A stretch of 64,000 nt of DNA from Phycisphaerae bacterium (GCA_963666835.2 CAXXGO010000006.1:704001-768000), one strand, 5' to 3'. Shown: positions 1 through 10,546, numbered from the stretch's first letter. Made by a program: numbers and translations. Notes: generated from the letters alone by a model not told the origin.

Positions 1-645
1 GCGATCCCAATACGGAGCGCCGTAACCGAAGGTGGCTACTTCCGGGCTATCCGCGGTCAGGCGGTCGAATTGCATGGGGACCGGCTCGACGGCTACCGGT
101 ACCCGGTGGATCCGGTCCAACGCGTCCGGAGGAATGGGTGACGGAAGATTGACACTCCAGAAGCCCGGTCCGGGTAGAGTCTCATCGAGAAGATCGGGGA
201 TGACGGCGGCGCACACCTCGGCGGCTCTGGTCCAATCGAGCTCGACTCCGCGCCGAATCGCTTGGGATAATGCGATGGAGCGAATGCCCAGGATGGCCCC
301 CTCGCGCGCCCCGGCGATCGTCCCCGAGTAGAAGACATCCACCCCGGAGTTGGCGCCCCGGTTTATCCCGGATACGACCAGATCGATCGGGCCGTTCATC
401 AGTTCCGCATGGGCCAGTCGAACGCAATCGGCGGGAGTTCCGCCAACCGCAAAGACCTGCCCGGCCACGTCGCAAGTCCTGTGCTCCACCGTTATCGGTC
501 CGCGCAGGGTGATCATGTGGCTGCACGCCGAGCGCTCTGAGGCGGGGGCGACCACGTAGATCTTGCCCAGCCCGGCCAGAGCCCGATAGGCGGCGAGAAT
601 CCCGGGAGCGTCCCATCCGTCGTCATTGGTAAGCATGATATTCAT
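1..645 (-). CDS. surE: 5'/3'-nucleotidase SurE (runs off the window edge)
   Basis: Manual minus-strand translation from 645: MNIMLTNDDGWDAPGI...APASERSACSH...GTPADC...SGINRGANSGVDVFYSGTIAGAREG, the SurE signature motifs. Not in the ORF track because it is truncated. Confidence 0.93.
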   Translation of the reverse strand, partial: MNIMLTNDDGWDAPGILAAYRALAGLGKIYVVAPASERSACSHMITLRGPITVEHRTCDVAGQVFAVGGTPADCVRLAHAELMNGPIDLVVSGINRGANSGVDVFYSGTIAGAREGAILGIRSIALSQAIRRGVELDWTRAAEVCAAVIPDLLDETLPGPGFWSVNLPSPIPPDALDRIHRVPVAVEPVPMQFDRLTADSPEVATFGYGAPYWDR

Positions 646-1039
646 GTTTGGTGTTTCGCTTTATTGCGGGTGAGCTGCCGGGCCCGGGGTACACCTTGCC
701 CGAACGGCATCGCCGACTTTGTGTTCAAACCTTGCAAGACCCGCGCCGCGGGGCGGGACTCGACTTACGGGCAACACTCGCTCCCATAAACCCGGATCAC
801 GGAGAACCAACTATATTACTTGGCCGGGCTCGCTCCCCAATCGTAGGCTTCAACGGGCTAGATACTCCAAATTGCCCAGGCTCTACAAGCGCGTCTGCCG
901 AGGCCGATCTCACCGGCGCGCCGGAGTCGATCGCGTCGGGGGAGCGTGCGGTCGTCGCATTGCGACGGGATAAGAAGTGATGCCCAGTCAGTTTCAAGAC
1001 TGGAGGGTCTAACGTCTGGATGTTCGAGGGAGAGGGGGC

Positions 1040-2323
1040 ATGCACAGCACTACGGCACATCCGAGCGGGTCGATCATCGATCTGCCAAGCAGCGCACCTA
1101 CCGTTCGCGTTACGGCCGGCGTTGGTTCAGCAGGGCAGAAGACCTGGAACATCCGGCGTCCGGTGACGTTAATCGGTTCACGGCGTCCTGCGCACATCGT
1201 CCTGCACGATCGCAACGTCAGCGTTGCCCATTGCGTTATCGTTCATACGGGAACCGAAGTGCTGCTGAAGGACCTGCACACCACCGGCGGCACGCTACGC
1301 AATAACGATCCTATCGATCTGATTGTGCTCAACGACGGCGATGTTGTTGCAATAGGGCGGACGAAGATCCAGGTGGCGATTCAGGCTTCGCAGGATGTTA
1401 ACGAAGACTCGGGTTGCGGGATCGAGTATGTGGAGCCCACAAAGCTCCCCAAACCACTGACCCTGCGGCTGGAGCATACGGATCGGCGATGGCAGGTTGA
1501 AGATGCCGTGACGCTGATCGGCCGGCACCGCAAGGCTGCGATAAGGATCGAAAAAGAGGACGTGTCCACCCGCCACGCGATCTTGTTTCGCTTTGCCAGA
1601 GAGGTGGCAGTCTTTGACCTGGGGAGTCGCACCGGGACCTCCGTAAACGGCGAGCCCTGTTCATTGGCTCGGATTCCCAGCGGAGCGTGCATAGGTCTGG
1701 GAGCCTGCAGTCTGCTTGCCGGCTTGGCGGATGTGCCGGCAGCAGCGCCGCAGACGCCTGCTACGCCCCAGCCACAATCCGATCGTGCCGAGAACCTCGG
1801 GGCGTCAGGCAGGGCGGAAGCTCCTCCGCGGCCCCAGGCGCCGCCGCCGCCGTTACCCCGGCGCGAGGACGCGCCGGCGCGATCACTTGGGGAGATCCAG
1901 ACCGAGTTGACCTCGTTGCATTCCAACATCTCTGAGTCGTGGGATCGCCTTAACGCCTGGCAATCTCAGCTCCGACAGGACGCTGACCGCCTGAGCGAGC
2001 AGGATGAGAGCCTGACCAGTCGCGAGGCCGAGTTGGATGCTCGAGACGCCGCGCTTCGTGGGCATTTGCATGATGTCACCAGCTACAACGAGCAGATCCT
2101 GGAGCGAGAGCGCGAGCTGGCCGCCGAGGCCGCCCGCATTCAGGAGAAGCGCGACGAGCTGGCCTCAACGATGGCGGACCTAGCCAAACGGGAAGCAGAA
2201 GTTGCCCGTCGGGCAGATGAACTAAAGCGCCGCGAGCACGTAGTAGCCCAGCGATGGGCGCGGGTTCAATCCGCCACCTGTCCGCACTGTCGGAAGCCGA
2301 TCCGGAGCGATTCGGCCCCTTAA
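1040..2323 (+). CDS. Tandem FHA-domain protein with C-terminal coiled coil
   Basis: Two FHA-like motifs (LIGS..VSVAHC..DLHT..GT; LIGR..VSTRHA..DLGSRTGTSVNG), Pro-rich linker, coiled coil, terminal CPHC. Confidence 0.8.
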   Translation: MHSTTAHPSGSIIDLPSSAPTVRVTAGVGSAGQKTWNIRRPVTLIGSRRPAHIVLHDRNVSVAHCVIVHTGTEVLLKDLHTTGGTLRNNDPIDLIVLNDGDVVAIGRTKIQVAIQASQDVNEDSGCGIEYVEPTKLPKPLTLRLEHTDRRWQVEDAVTLIGRHRKAAIRIEKEDVSTRHAILFRFAREVAVFDLGSRTGTSVNGEPCSLARIPSGACIGLGACSLLAGLADVPAAAPQTPATPQPQSDRAENLGASGRAEAPPRPQAPPPPLPRREDAPARSLGEIQTELTSLHSNISESWDRLNAWQSQLRQDADRLSEQDESLTSREAELDARDAALRGHLHDVTSYNEQILERERELAAEAARIQEKRDELASTMADLAKREAEVARRADELKRREHVVAQRWARVQSATCPHCRKPIRSDSAP

Positions 2324-2389
2324 GCGCACCGGATGGCCGAGAAAACCAGCCCGTGGTGCGCACGCTGGAAATCACCGGGTGACCGGGCA

Positions 2390-2869
2390 CTATTCGCGCA
2401 GGATCATCCCGGTTACTTCCGCCTCAAAGACCATCTTCCCGTTAACCACACCTTGCGTGGCGGAGATGATCCGACGGGACCGGTACGTTTTCCCCGCAGC
2501 GAGTATGTACAGACGGCAGGGGGCCACGACCGCATCGCGGAACTTGCACTGATCAATGCCCCCGAACCCCATGAACCCGTCGTAGACGTTGAGCAGCTTC
2601 GCCAGTACGGCCGATGCCTGCCCCGCCATCTCCAACATAAGCACCCCCGGCAGCAGAGGCCTGTCCGGCACGTGCCCCCGGAACCACCAGTCATCGGGGC
2701 GGATGTCCCGGTAGGCCACGATCTGTCGGGCATCGAGGTCTACGTGGCAGATCCCGTGCAGCAACATGAACTCGTGGCGGTGTGGCAGAAGCTCGTAGAT
2801 CTGCTCCTGGGTCAGACGAGTTTGGCTCAGGTCGGTTTCGTCAAGGTTGACCAAGAACGGGGGAGGCAT
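2390..2869 (-). CDS. fabZ: 3-hydroxyacyl-ACP dehydratase FabZ/FabA family
   Basis: LPHRHEFMLL, WFRGHVP..PLLPGVLMLE, CKFR motifs; start placed at MPPPFLV. Confidence 0.85.
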   Translation of the reverse strand: MPPPFLVNLDETDLSQTRLTQEQIYELLPHRHEFMLLHGICHVDLDARQIVAYRDIRPDDWWFRGHVPDRPLLPGVLMLEMAGQASAVLAKLLNVYDGFMGFGGIDQCKFRDAVVAPCRLYILAAGKTYRSRRIISATQGVVNGKMVFEAEVTGMILRE

Positions 2870-3045
2870 GAAGGCCGCTCCATCCACTTTGTCCACGTAT
2901 GCCCGGCACCGCGCCGGGCCGCGGTCATTCCCCACAGGCAAGGCCGACCCGTCGGTCGGCGCGCGCCCCCGAGCCTCGATGGAGCAGCGGCTCCCTCGCC
3001 AAGCCGGAGCAAGGCACCCAACCGATCGGTCGAGCCACTTTGGTA

Positions 3046-3225
3046 CTACGCTCTATCTTCCGCGCGGACTTCCAGGATCTTCTTACGAACCTCCTGCGCG
3101 GCCTCCTTGACATCCTGCATTGTCTTGCGAACACGCGTACCCGCAGCCTTATTGCCGCCCGACGCCTTGCTGACATCATCAGCAGCCGCCTCAACCAGCT
3201 CTCTCAGGCGTTCGTATTCTTCCAT
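3046..3225 (-). CDS. Small histone H1-like (Hc1-type) protein, 59 aa
   Basis: Manual translation MEEYERLRELVEAAADDVSKASGGNKAAGTRVRKTMQDVKEAAQEVRKKILEVRAEDRA; GNKAAGTRVRK motif; upstream GGAGG RBS. Confidence 0.85.
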   Translation of the reverse strand: MEEYERLRELVEAAADDVSKASGGNKAAGTRVRKTMQDVKEAAQEVRKKILEVRAEDRA

Positions 3226-3690
3226 GCCGGCGGACCTCCCGTTAGTAGCAGCCCTCGGGTGCGGTCGTTACGCAACCGCACGTTGGCAGAAAGTCTAGCA
3301 GAGCGAGGGCGCGGCTGCAAAGGACCCGGCCGCGTAAAAACCGTGCTGGCGTACGCTGTAACGCAGTTTTTATTGGCCGGATCAGCGAACCGTTAATCCG
3401 GCCCTATTTTGTCTTGCGACGTAACCTATGTATTTTTAAGGCTTTACGGGGATAGGCTTTCTCGGCCTGCCCCAAGCCTGAATCCCGCGTGACAACCCAG
3501 TTAAGGCCGCCGGGAGGCTCCAATAATACTGAAATCGCAGATTCGACAATTCGACCTGAGGCAAGAGTGATCGGTCGAGAGCGGAGCCTAATTCGTATAG
3601 TGAACTTCTTAATGCGTCCGATATCTGGCTCGTGTTCGCATGGAGGCGGCACACCGGTTCGAGAAGGCGAAAACCCAGCAGAGAAGGTGC

Positions 3691-4950
3691 ATGATGCGAT
3701 CTGCAACGATCTGGCACGGATGCCTCATCGGCATGGCCGTCACTTGCGTACCGGCGTTGGCCGGCGACGTTGATCCCGTACGCGTGCAGTCTCGCACCTT
3801 CGAGATTGAGTACGAGGTCAATCCCGCGGCTCTTCCGCTGACTGCCGTCCGTCTGTGGTACACTCTAGACGAAGGGCGAACCTGGACTGCGCACGCCAAC
3901 GATGAGGACTGTGTGTCACCGGCTACGTTCCATGCAACTCAGGAGGGCTTATACGGGGTCTTCTTCCAGCTCGAGAACGCGACCGGGGTGTCCAGTACAC
4001 CTCCGGGCTCGTCCACCATTCCCCATCAGTGGGCTTTCGTCGACGAAACTCCGCCGGTCGTTCAGCTTCACGAGTTGCGGCAGACCACCATGTTGGGGCA
4101 GCGCGTCGTTCAGATTCGCTGGACGGCGGTTGACGCGAATCTGACGCCGCGGCCTATAGAGATCGAATACCAGCGGCTACCCGGTGGGCAGGCGACTTCC
4201 GTGGTCGACGATCCCATCGCCAATACCGGTCGCTATGACTGGCGGTTGCCGGACGATCTGGCAGGCTCCGCAGCGGTGCGTCTCTTCGTCAACGATTGCG
4301 GGGGGCATCGCGTCGCCAGCGAACGGCAGATTGTCGAGATCCTTCCTCTTCCAGGGCATGCAACGCCTGTGGGGCTCTCTGCGACGGGCCTTGCGGAGCC
4401 TTCTCGCCAGCAGGTGGCTGTGGCCACCAGTTCCGACTTCGAAGGTCGGAACGCCCTTCGAGGCCGTCAGCTTTACAGGGAGGCCTTAGCGTTTCGTGAT
4501 CTCGGTGATTATCGCCAAGCGGTGTCGCGGCTGCGTGAAGTAGTCAAGCTGGATCCGCAGATGGCGGAAGCGTTTTCCGAGATGGGGGCGATGCTCTACC
4601 TGCTCGGTGATTACGACGAAGCCCTGGCCGCGTTCGACATAGCCTTGGCACAGAAACCCGCACTGCGTTCCGCTTTGCAGGGGGCGGCGAAGGTCTTCCG
4701 GCAGAAGCACGATTACGCCTCCGCGGCCGCGCACCTGCGGACGATTCTCAGGTATAACCCGAACGACGCCGAGACCTGGATGTTCCTCGGGGACGTGGGC
4801 ATTTTCCAGGGTGACGAGGCTCTGGCACGAGAATGCTACATTCGTGCTACCCAGATCGACCCGGAGGCCACGGTGGTCATTGAGCAGGCGGGGAAACGGC
4901 TCGCGTTGATGGCGGATGTTTCGCGATCATATCGGCAAAAAGGACATTGA
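3691..4950 (+). CDS. Secreted tetratricopeptide-repeat protein
   Basis: Signal-like N-terminus, beta-rich middle region, several C-terminal TPR repeats. Confidence 0.75.
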   Translation: MMRSATIWHGCLIGMAVTCVPALAGDVDPVRVQSRTFEIEYEVNPAALPLTAVRLWYTLDEGRTWTAHANDEDCVSPATFHATQEGLYGVFFQLENATGVSSTPPGSSTIPHQWAFVDETPPVVQLHELRQTTMLGQRVVQIRWTAVDANLTPRPIEIEYQRLPGGQATSVVDDPIANTGRYDWRLPDDLAGSAAVRLFVNDCGGHRVASERQIVEILPLPGHATPVGLSATGLAEPSRQQVAVATSSDFEGRNALRGRQLYREALAFRDLGDYRQAVSRLREVVKLDPQMAEAFSEMGAMLYLLGDYDEALAAFDIALAQKPALRSALQGAAKVFRQKHDYASAAAHLRTILRYNPNDAETWMFLGDVGIFQGDEALARECYIRATQIDPEATVVIEQAGKRLALMADVSRSYRQKGH

Positions 4951-4954
4951 TTGA

Positions 4955-5953
4955 ATGGAAGCACCGTCGGCAAAACTGAAACCGGTGTTCGCAATCGTCG
5001 GACCCGATCGGTTTCTGCGCCGGGAAGCTCTGCAGGGTATTCTCGCGCAGGCCGGGGAGGATTTCGACCATATCGAGCGGGTCGAAGGCGCTACGGCCGT
5101 ACTGGCCGAGGTGCTCGATGGTGTCCGAACTATGTCGCTGCTGGGTTCGTGCCGGGTAGTAGTCGTCGATGGGGCCGATCCGTTTATTACCGCCCATCGC
5201 GCCGCTCTGGAGCGTTACTGTGCGGAGCCGGCTCCGGGTGGGTGTCTTATTCTCGGCTGCAACTCTTTGCCGAAAAACACGCGCCTCTATCGGATCATCA
5301 ACGAACAGAATGTCGTTATCCACTGCGAGCCCCCGAAAGGTCGCGCGGTGACCGCGTGGATCACGGCTCGAGCCCGTTCCGTTCATGGAAAGAACCTCGG
5401 GGCGGTAGCGGCACAGGCGCTTCGCCGCCAGATCGGCGACAGCCCCGGACTCCTTGATGCCGAATTGGGCAAGCTCTCCGCTTACGTCGGATCACGTCCG
5501 GAGATTGCCCCGGAAGATGTCAGCGCCCTTACCGGGCATCATCGCGAGGAGAAGGTGTTTGCCATTACCGATGCGATTTCCTCCGGCGACACTAAGACGG
5601 CACTTCGCCATTGGCGGCAAGTGCTGGCCACGGATCGCGCCGCTCCGGCTCGAGCTATCGCCGGTCTGGCGTGGGGGGTCCGGCGTCTGCTGCAGGCCAA
5701 GTGTGATTGGGCGGACGGTACGGATCTTCGCGAACTGGCCCGCCGGATGTACGTGGACCCCGGAGTGTTACGAGACCGGCTGGAAGGTTTCACTATCGGG
5801 GAGTTCGAGGACCAACAACAGGATCTTCTCTCTGCGGATGTAGCCATAAAGACCGGCGCCACAACCGCAGATATCGGGGTCGAGAAGTTCATTGTGAAGC
5901 ACAGCGAACGCCGACGAACAGCGCATACTCGGCGAACAGGAAACGCATCATGA
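4955..5953 (+). CDS. holA: DNA polymerase III subunit delta
   Basis: G.DRFLR, MSLLGSCRVVVV, ELGKLSAY, VFAITDAI, ADVAIKTG motifs; 332 aa. Confidence 0.88.
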   Translation: MEAPSAKLKPVFAIVGPDRFLRREALQGILAQAGEDFDHIERVEGATAVLAEVLDGVRTMSLLGSCRVVVVDGADPFITAHRAALERYCAEPAPGGCLILGCNSLPKNTRLYRIINEQNVVIHCEPPKGRAVTAWITARARSVHGKNLGAVAAQALRRQIGDSPGLLDAELGKLSAYVGSRPEIAPEDVSALTGHHREEKVFAITDAISSGDTKTALRHWRQVLATDRAAPARAIAGLAWGVRRLLQAKCDWADGTDLRELARRMYVDPGVLRDRLEGFTIGEFEDQQQDLLSADVAIKTGATTADIGVEKFIVKHSERRRTAHTRRTGNAS

Positions 5954-7233
5954 CGGGTAATCACGTTTCTTCGGCTATCCGGCATAGCTTGTTGGTGCTG
6001 GCAATCGCGGCGTCTTTGGCCGGCTGTGCGAATCTCCAACCGCATTATTCCGGACCGGTGCAGACCACTCCGGCACCGGCCCAAGTCGAGCCGCAAACCG
6101 CCGCCGAGCCCGATCCGGCCGGTGAGCCGCCGCAACGTGAGATGCTTGCCGCAATCGCCGATTTTCTGGAGCGGACCGGTGAATACGGGCTGAGTCCCGA
6201 GACACAGCCCCTTCCCGAGATCACGCGCACGGCGGTGACGCCGCCTTCGTGGGACTCCGCACCGGCCGGTCCCCGAGCCGCACGCGCCGCTGTCGAACCG
6301 CGGCAGGTTGTTTCTGAAGCGGTCGCACCGGAGACGGCTATCGCCAACACCCGCATGGTGCTGACCGACGCTGAGCCGGCCGCGACCGGTCCGGCCTTGC
6401 CGGTGGTCAAACGTGTTACGATTCGTTCCGCACAGCCGAAACCGACACCGCAAGCAGCGCCTCCGGATAACACTACCAACGAGCCGATGGAGTTCTACCC
6501 GAATGAGGCGGTGGTTACGGTGGACAAGTTTCTCGAGCACCTCGAGGCTGCCCATCAGCAGAATCGGGATTTTGATTCTGAGTGGCAGCTTCGTCTCGTA
6601 AGAGCGGCTCTGAATCGCGAAGATCAATCGGGTGAATCCGCCACGAACCTCAGTCCGAACGCTTGGAGTATCCTGACCGACCTGATCCGCGTGGGAGTCG
6701 CCGCCCGACGGGTCGCCCGGAACCCGCTTCTATCCGGGGAGGAGGCGCTCACATGCGTCGATGACCTCCGTTTGGAGTTGGCCGACCGAGCGGATCCAAT
6801 CATCTCGACCATAGCATTGTGCCGCAAGGTTGTCACTTTCGGGGTGTTTGAGGAGCTGGATGCGGATCGGTTCGTCGCCGGCCGGTCCGTCGCGGCGATC
6901 GTTTACTCGAGCATTCGCAACTTGCGGTCCGAGCAGACGTCCGACGGGCGGTACCAAGCCCGGCTCGCCACCCGGCTGGAGGTGCTCACTGCGGCCGGGC
7001 AACCCGTTTGGCAACATGAAGAGCCCGAGATTGTGGACACGTGCCGGGAGCGGCGGACGGACTTTTTCGTTGCTCAGCGGATCGTTCTGCCGCCCACCCT
7101 TGTGGCCGGTGACTACGTGCTGAAAGTGATGGTCGAGGACAAACTTGCGGAAAGGACCAACGAGGGTCTGCACCGCTTCTCGATTGCGGCGTCGACCTCG
7201 GTAGCGTCGAGGCGTTCGGGTTGGCCGCCGTAA
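5950..7233 (+). CDS. Hypothetical lipoprotein
   Basis: Lipobox LAGC; Pro/Ala-rich linker; conserved-looking C-terminal domain (LCRKVVTFGVF...RRTDFF); ATGA overlap with holA. Confidence 0.7.
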   Translation: MTGNHVSSAIRHSLLVLAIAASLAGCANLQPHYSGPVQTTPAPAQVEPQTAAEPDPAGEPPQREMLAAIADFLERTGEYGLSPETQPLPEITRTAVTPPSWDSAPAGPRAARAAVEPRQVVSEAVAPETAIANTRMVLTDAEPAATGPALPVVKRVTIRSAQPKPTPQAAPPDNTTNEPMEFYPNEAVVTVDKFLEHLEAAHQQNRDFDSEWQLRLVRAALNREDQSGESATNLSPNAWSILTDLIRVGVAARRVARNPLLSGEEALTCVDDLRLELADRADPIISTIALCRKVVTFGVFEELDADRFVAGRSVAAIVYSSIRNLRSEQTSDGRYQARLATRLEVLTAAGQPVWQHEEPEIVDTCRERRTDFFVAQRIVLPPTLVAGDYVLKVMVEDKLAERTNEGLHRFSIAASTSVASRRSGWPP

Positions 7234-7458
7234 TCTATGCTGATAAAGAAGGTTATGGTGCGGTGCCCACTGTGGGGTATTGCCGCTTCGGTGGAACAAG
7301 GGCAGAGAATCGACAGGATCTTGATAGATCGCTAACTGAAACGGCTTGGCGCCGTCTACCTGGACGGTACACTCAATGTTATCGGTTGTGCGGCGTTCCG
7401 CCGGCGCGGTCCGGAGCGCGCAACCCGTGTTTAGTCACGCGTTAGTTCAGAACGGAGT

Positions 7459-8367
7459 ATGATTATGAAACGAGTGCTCAGTCTGGTATGCATTCTGGTG
7501 GTTTCGACCGCCGCGTTCGCTCAACAGTCGGAATCGACGGAGATCACCACAGTAACCACAACGGTTAGCGGCGGTGAAGATCTGATGACCCAGCTTTGGT
7601 TCATGGAAGACGCTACGCCGTTAGAGACGGGCAAGCTCGATTTGCGGCTGGGCTTCTCCTGGGTTACAGAGTCAGAACACGCGAATCTCGGTGAATCCAG
7701 CGACGACTTCGTGTTGACGTCGGCGCTTGTCTGGGGAGCTGCCGAGAATCTGGAGCTGTCGCTTGCCGTAGGAAGCTGGTTGGGTGACGGCGGTGATGTC
7801 GGACCGTTCGAAGACGGCAACCACGATACTACCGTCGGTTTGCTGTGGCGCATCCACGAGCAGGGTGACGAGTGCCCGGGGCACGGGTGTATTCAGTTAC
7901 CGAGTATCGCCCTATCGGCCGCTGTACGCATCCCGACAGGCTGCAGCTCGAGTGGGATGGATGGTGAGCTCCGCTTGGTTATGACGCACAACTACGACAA
8001 CGGCATTCGCTCGCATCTGAATGCCTTTGTGAAGGCGGTGGACGACGATAATCTGGAGAGCGTCAACCCTGACTACCGCTGGTGGTGGGATAACCGCGAC
8101 GACGTGGATGTTCGCAGTACCCAATGGGGTGTCGTCATCGGTGCAGACGGCCCGCTGTGTGCTGATGGAGCGGTCCGCTGGGTAGCCGATTACGTCCACC
8201 GCAGCAGTCGGTTCGATGGCGGAGACGAATTGGACATTCTCGAGCTCGGTTGGGAATGGACCGCGGACAGGCATAAGTTCGGCATGTCGGTGCATGGCGG
8301 CTTGGATCACACCGGTGAGAACCCGAACTTTGGTGCCGGCTTGATGTACTCGCTGTCGCTGGGATAA
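7459..8367 (+). CDS. Secreted/outer-membrane beta-barrel-like protein
   Basis: Signal peptide AAFA/QQ; amphipathic beta-strand pattern; RIPTG motif; terminal GAGLMYSL strand. Confidence 0.6.
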   Translation: MIMKRVLSLVCILVVSTAAFAQQSESTEITTVTTTVSGGEDLMTQLWFMEDATPLETGKLDLRLGFSWVTESEHANLGESSDDFVLTSALVWGAAENLELSLAVGSWLGDGGDVGPFEDGNHDTTVGLLWRIHEQGDECPGHGCIQLPSIALSAAVRIPTGCSSSGMDGELRLVMTHNYDNGIRSHLNAFVKAVDDDNLESVNPDYRWWWDNRDDVDVRSTQWGVVIGADGPLCADGAVRWVADYVHRSSRFDGGDELDILELGWEWTADRHKFGMSVHGGLDHTGENPNFGAGLMYSLSLG

Positions 8368-8499
8368 TCGGCCGAACGGCGTAATAATCTGCAAACGACT
8401 TACGGGAGCCCGAGCGCCGGTCGCTTGGGCTCCCGTTTCTGTTGCCCGCACCGGATGAGCCACACCGCCGCGGGAGGCGTCGGTCGTGTTTCCGGGGGT

Positions 8500-8641
8500 G
8501 GGTTGGAAGCCTGCGCTACGGGGGGCGTATTCCGTTACCGTGGAGCCGGCGTTTCCCAGGGGCAGGCTGGAAGCCTGCGTTACGGGAGCGTGTCTTGTTG
8601 CGGTTGCCCTGTGTTTGGGCAGGCTGGACGCCTGCGTTACG
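8500..8641 (-). repeat. Three tandem REP-like palindromes (family GTA[AG]CGCAGGC-N-GCCTGC)
   Basis: Copies at ~8500-8520, 8562-8584, 8619-8641; related copies at ~15047, 17078-17148, 22624, 30633, 32188, 33618, 54633, 63203. Confidence 0.8.
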
Positions 8642-8693
8642 TTGCCGTTGCTTTCTGCATTGACGAGAGCCGGAGGATGAGCCGCGAGCGTCT

Positions 8694-9503
8694 ATGAAAG
8701 TCGGAATCCTCACCAGCGTCGACACCCGCCATCGCTATTTTGCGCGGGCGCTGGCTCGCGCCGTTAAGGTCGTGGCGGTTGGTTATGAGCAAACGGGGTA
8801 CTCGCCGGCGGCAGTATCCCCAACCGGCCTGTCTCCGGAAGAGGCCTGTGTTGTCGAGCGTCATTTCGCCGAGCGTTCCCGACAGGAAGAGCTGTTCTTC
8901 GGGACTGATAGCGAGTTCCTTAACGACGAGGCCGGGATTCGCGTTATCCACTTGGCGCCCGGTACGTTGAACGACGTCGAGACCGTATCGACGTTCGAGG
9001 ATGCCGGGGTAGATACGGTGGCGGTCTATGGAACGAACCTGCTCAAGCCGCCGCTGCTGGGGCGGTGGGGCGATCGGATGATCAACCTCCATTTGGGCCT
9101 TTCGCCGTACTACCGTGGGACGGCCACGAACTTCTATCCACTTCTGAACGAAGAGCCGCAGTATGTAGGGGCGACGATCCACGTGCTGGCGTCCGGTATC
9201 GACAATGGTCCGATTCTGCGTCATGCCCGCCCCGAGATTACCGCCGCCGATATGCCTCATACAATCGGATGCAAGGCGATTCAGGCCGGAATCACCGCGA
9301 TGATCGGGGTGCTGGCCGATCTGGAGAACGGTGTATTCAATCCCGTCCCGCAGTGGCCGGTGCCCAACCCGCGCCTCTACCTGCGCAAGGACTACCACCC
9401 CCGCCAGGTTGTGGAACTCTACCGCAAGATCGAAGCCGGTCTGATCCGCGACTACGTTGCTGCGGGCTGCGCTCGTACCGAGCGGATAAGACTCGTGGTT
9501 TGA
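8694..9503 (+). CDS. Formyltransferase-domain protein
   Basis: INLHLGLSPYYRG, GATIH, IDNGPI motifs. Confidence 0.85.
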   Translation: MKVGILTSVDTRHRYFARALARAVKVVAVGYEQTGYSPAAVSPTGLSPEEACVVERHFAERSRQEELFFGTDSEFLNDEAGIRVIHLAPGTLNDVETVSTFEDAGVDTVAVYGTNLLKPPLLGRWGDRMINLHLGLSPYYRGTATNFYPLLNEEPQYVGATIHVLASGIDNGPILRHARPEITAADMPHTIGCKAIQAGITAMIGVLADLENGVFNPVPQWPVPNPRLYLRKDYHPRQVVELYRKIEAGLIRDYVAAGCARTERIRLVV

Positions 9504-9596
9504 CGCCGCGGTGACCCTTCCTTCGCCCGGTGTTATATCGCAGTGGACAGAAACTCTCGTACACAGATAAAGACGCGGCACCCGCTTTGCGTTTTG

Positions 9597-9725
9597 GGCG
9601 AAGGGTGGGGAATCGATTGTGGAAGGCGGGTGTCCGTCGGATTATCGTCCGTCCCCCACCCATCCCGGCGGTGAGCTGACGCGGTTGTTCGAGGGCGGCG
9701 GGCGCCGGTATGGGGCACCCGCGCC
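9597..9725 (+). repeat. Dispersed ~130-bp hairpin repeat (family D), unoccupied group II intron target
   Basis: GGCGAAGGGTGGGGAATCGATTG...CGTCCGTCCCCCACCCAT..CCGGCG...GGGGCACCCGC; homologous to 15285-15368, 33340-33470, 48514-48591 (rc) and the split copy at 22680-22753/24681-24737 (rc). Confidence 0.8.
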
Positions 9726-10155
9726 GGGCGCGCGGCGGCGGTTACCGGACACTGACGCGGTTGTTTGGGCGGTTGGCCGGCGGTGCTCGCGGGTTGCGTC
9801 TCAGCGGTTGAAGCGGAAGCCCTATAAGAGCCAGACTGGCGGCACTGAATTCCAGTAACGAGATTTTCCTAAAGAACCTGTTTGCCCGAGCCCGGATTGT
9901 TTCTTACATCATAAGTGTGAGCATTGGACACGCAGAAGTCGACCGATCCGGAGGGCGAAAGAAGCAGCATTCATCGTCCAGTCCTATCGGCAACGCGTCG
10001 CGAAGCGATCGTGACTAGTCGACACCGCGCCTGTACCACAATCCGCGACCCCTGGGAGGTCCGGGTTTCCATCGAGGGACCAGGCCCCAGTTTGGGCTTT
10101 GCTCGTCCTTCGAAGGCGGCATGATCCGCCCAAAAACGGAAGAGGAGTTGAAGAT

Positions 10156-10320
10156 ATGAATACGTTGAAGAGGTTCCTGAAGTCCGAAGACGGCCCGACG
10201 GCAACGGAATACGCTGTTATGCTGTCGCTGATCATCGTCGCCTGCATTGCCACGGTATCGCTGCTGGGCTCGTCGGTGAACGATATGTTCGCCAGTGTTG
10301 ACGATGCGCTCAGTGAGTAG
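10156..10320 (+). CDS. Flp family type IVb pilin
   Basis: MNTLKRFLKSEDGPTATEYAVMLSLIIVACIA; G/xTxxEY prepilin motif; GAGGAG RBS. Confidence 0.92.
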   Translation: MNTLKRFLKSEDGPTATEYAVMLSLIIVACIATVSLLGSSVNDMFASVDDALSE

Positions 10321-10378
10321 GACGGCGTTTAAGGACAACCGGCCGGGTAGATCGTTGCGGTCGGGAGCTTGACAACTC

Positions 10379-10426
10379 AGCGGTGGGCGCTGCCGAACCT
10401 TCGGTGGCGACCCACCGCTTTTTTTG
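10379..10426 (+). terminator. Rho-independent terminator after the pilin gene
   Basis: AGCGGTGGG...CCCACCGCT hairpin followed by a T-run. Confidence 0.75.
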
Positions 10427-10546
10427 ATTCTTCGTGAGCCGGTGGGAGGGCATGCGTTGCGAAGGTCAGTCACGCGCAAATCAGCAGGCGATTGCTGCGC
10501 AGTACCGGTTTGAGCCGGTCAACGTTGGGGTCCGGTTGCGGTGGGA

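Noticed and set aside
8500..8641. Possible mini CRISPR array
   Set aside because: Repeats are degenerate ~22-nt palindromes found dispersed throughout the window, with no cas genes or leader; better explained as REPs.
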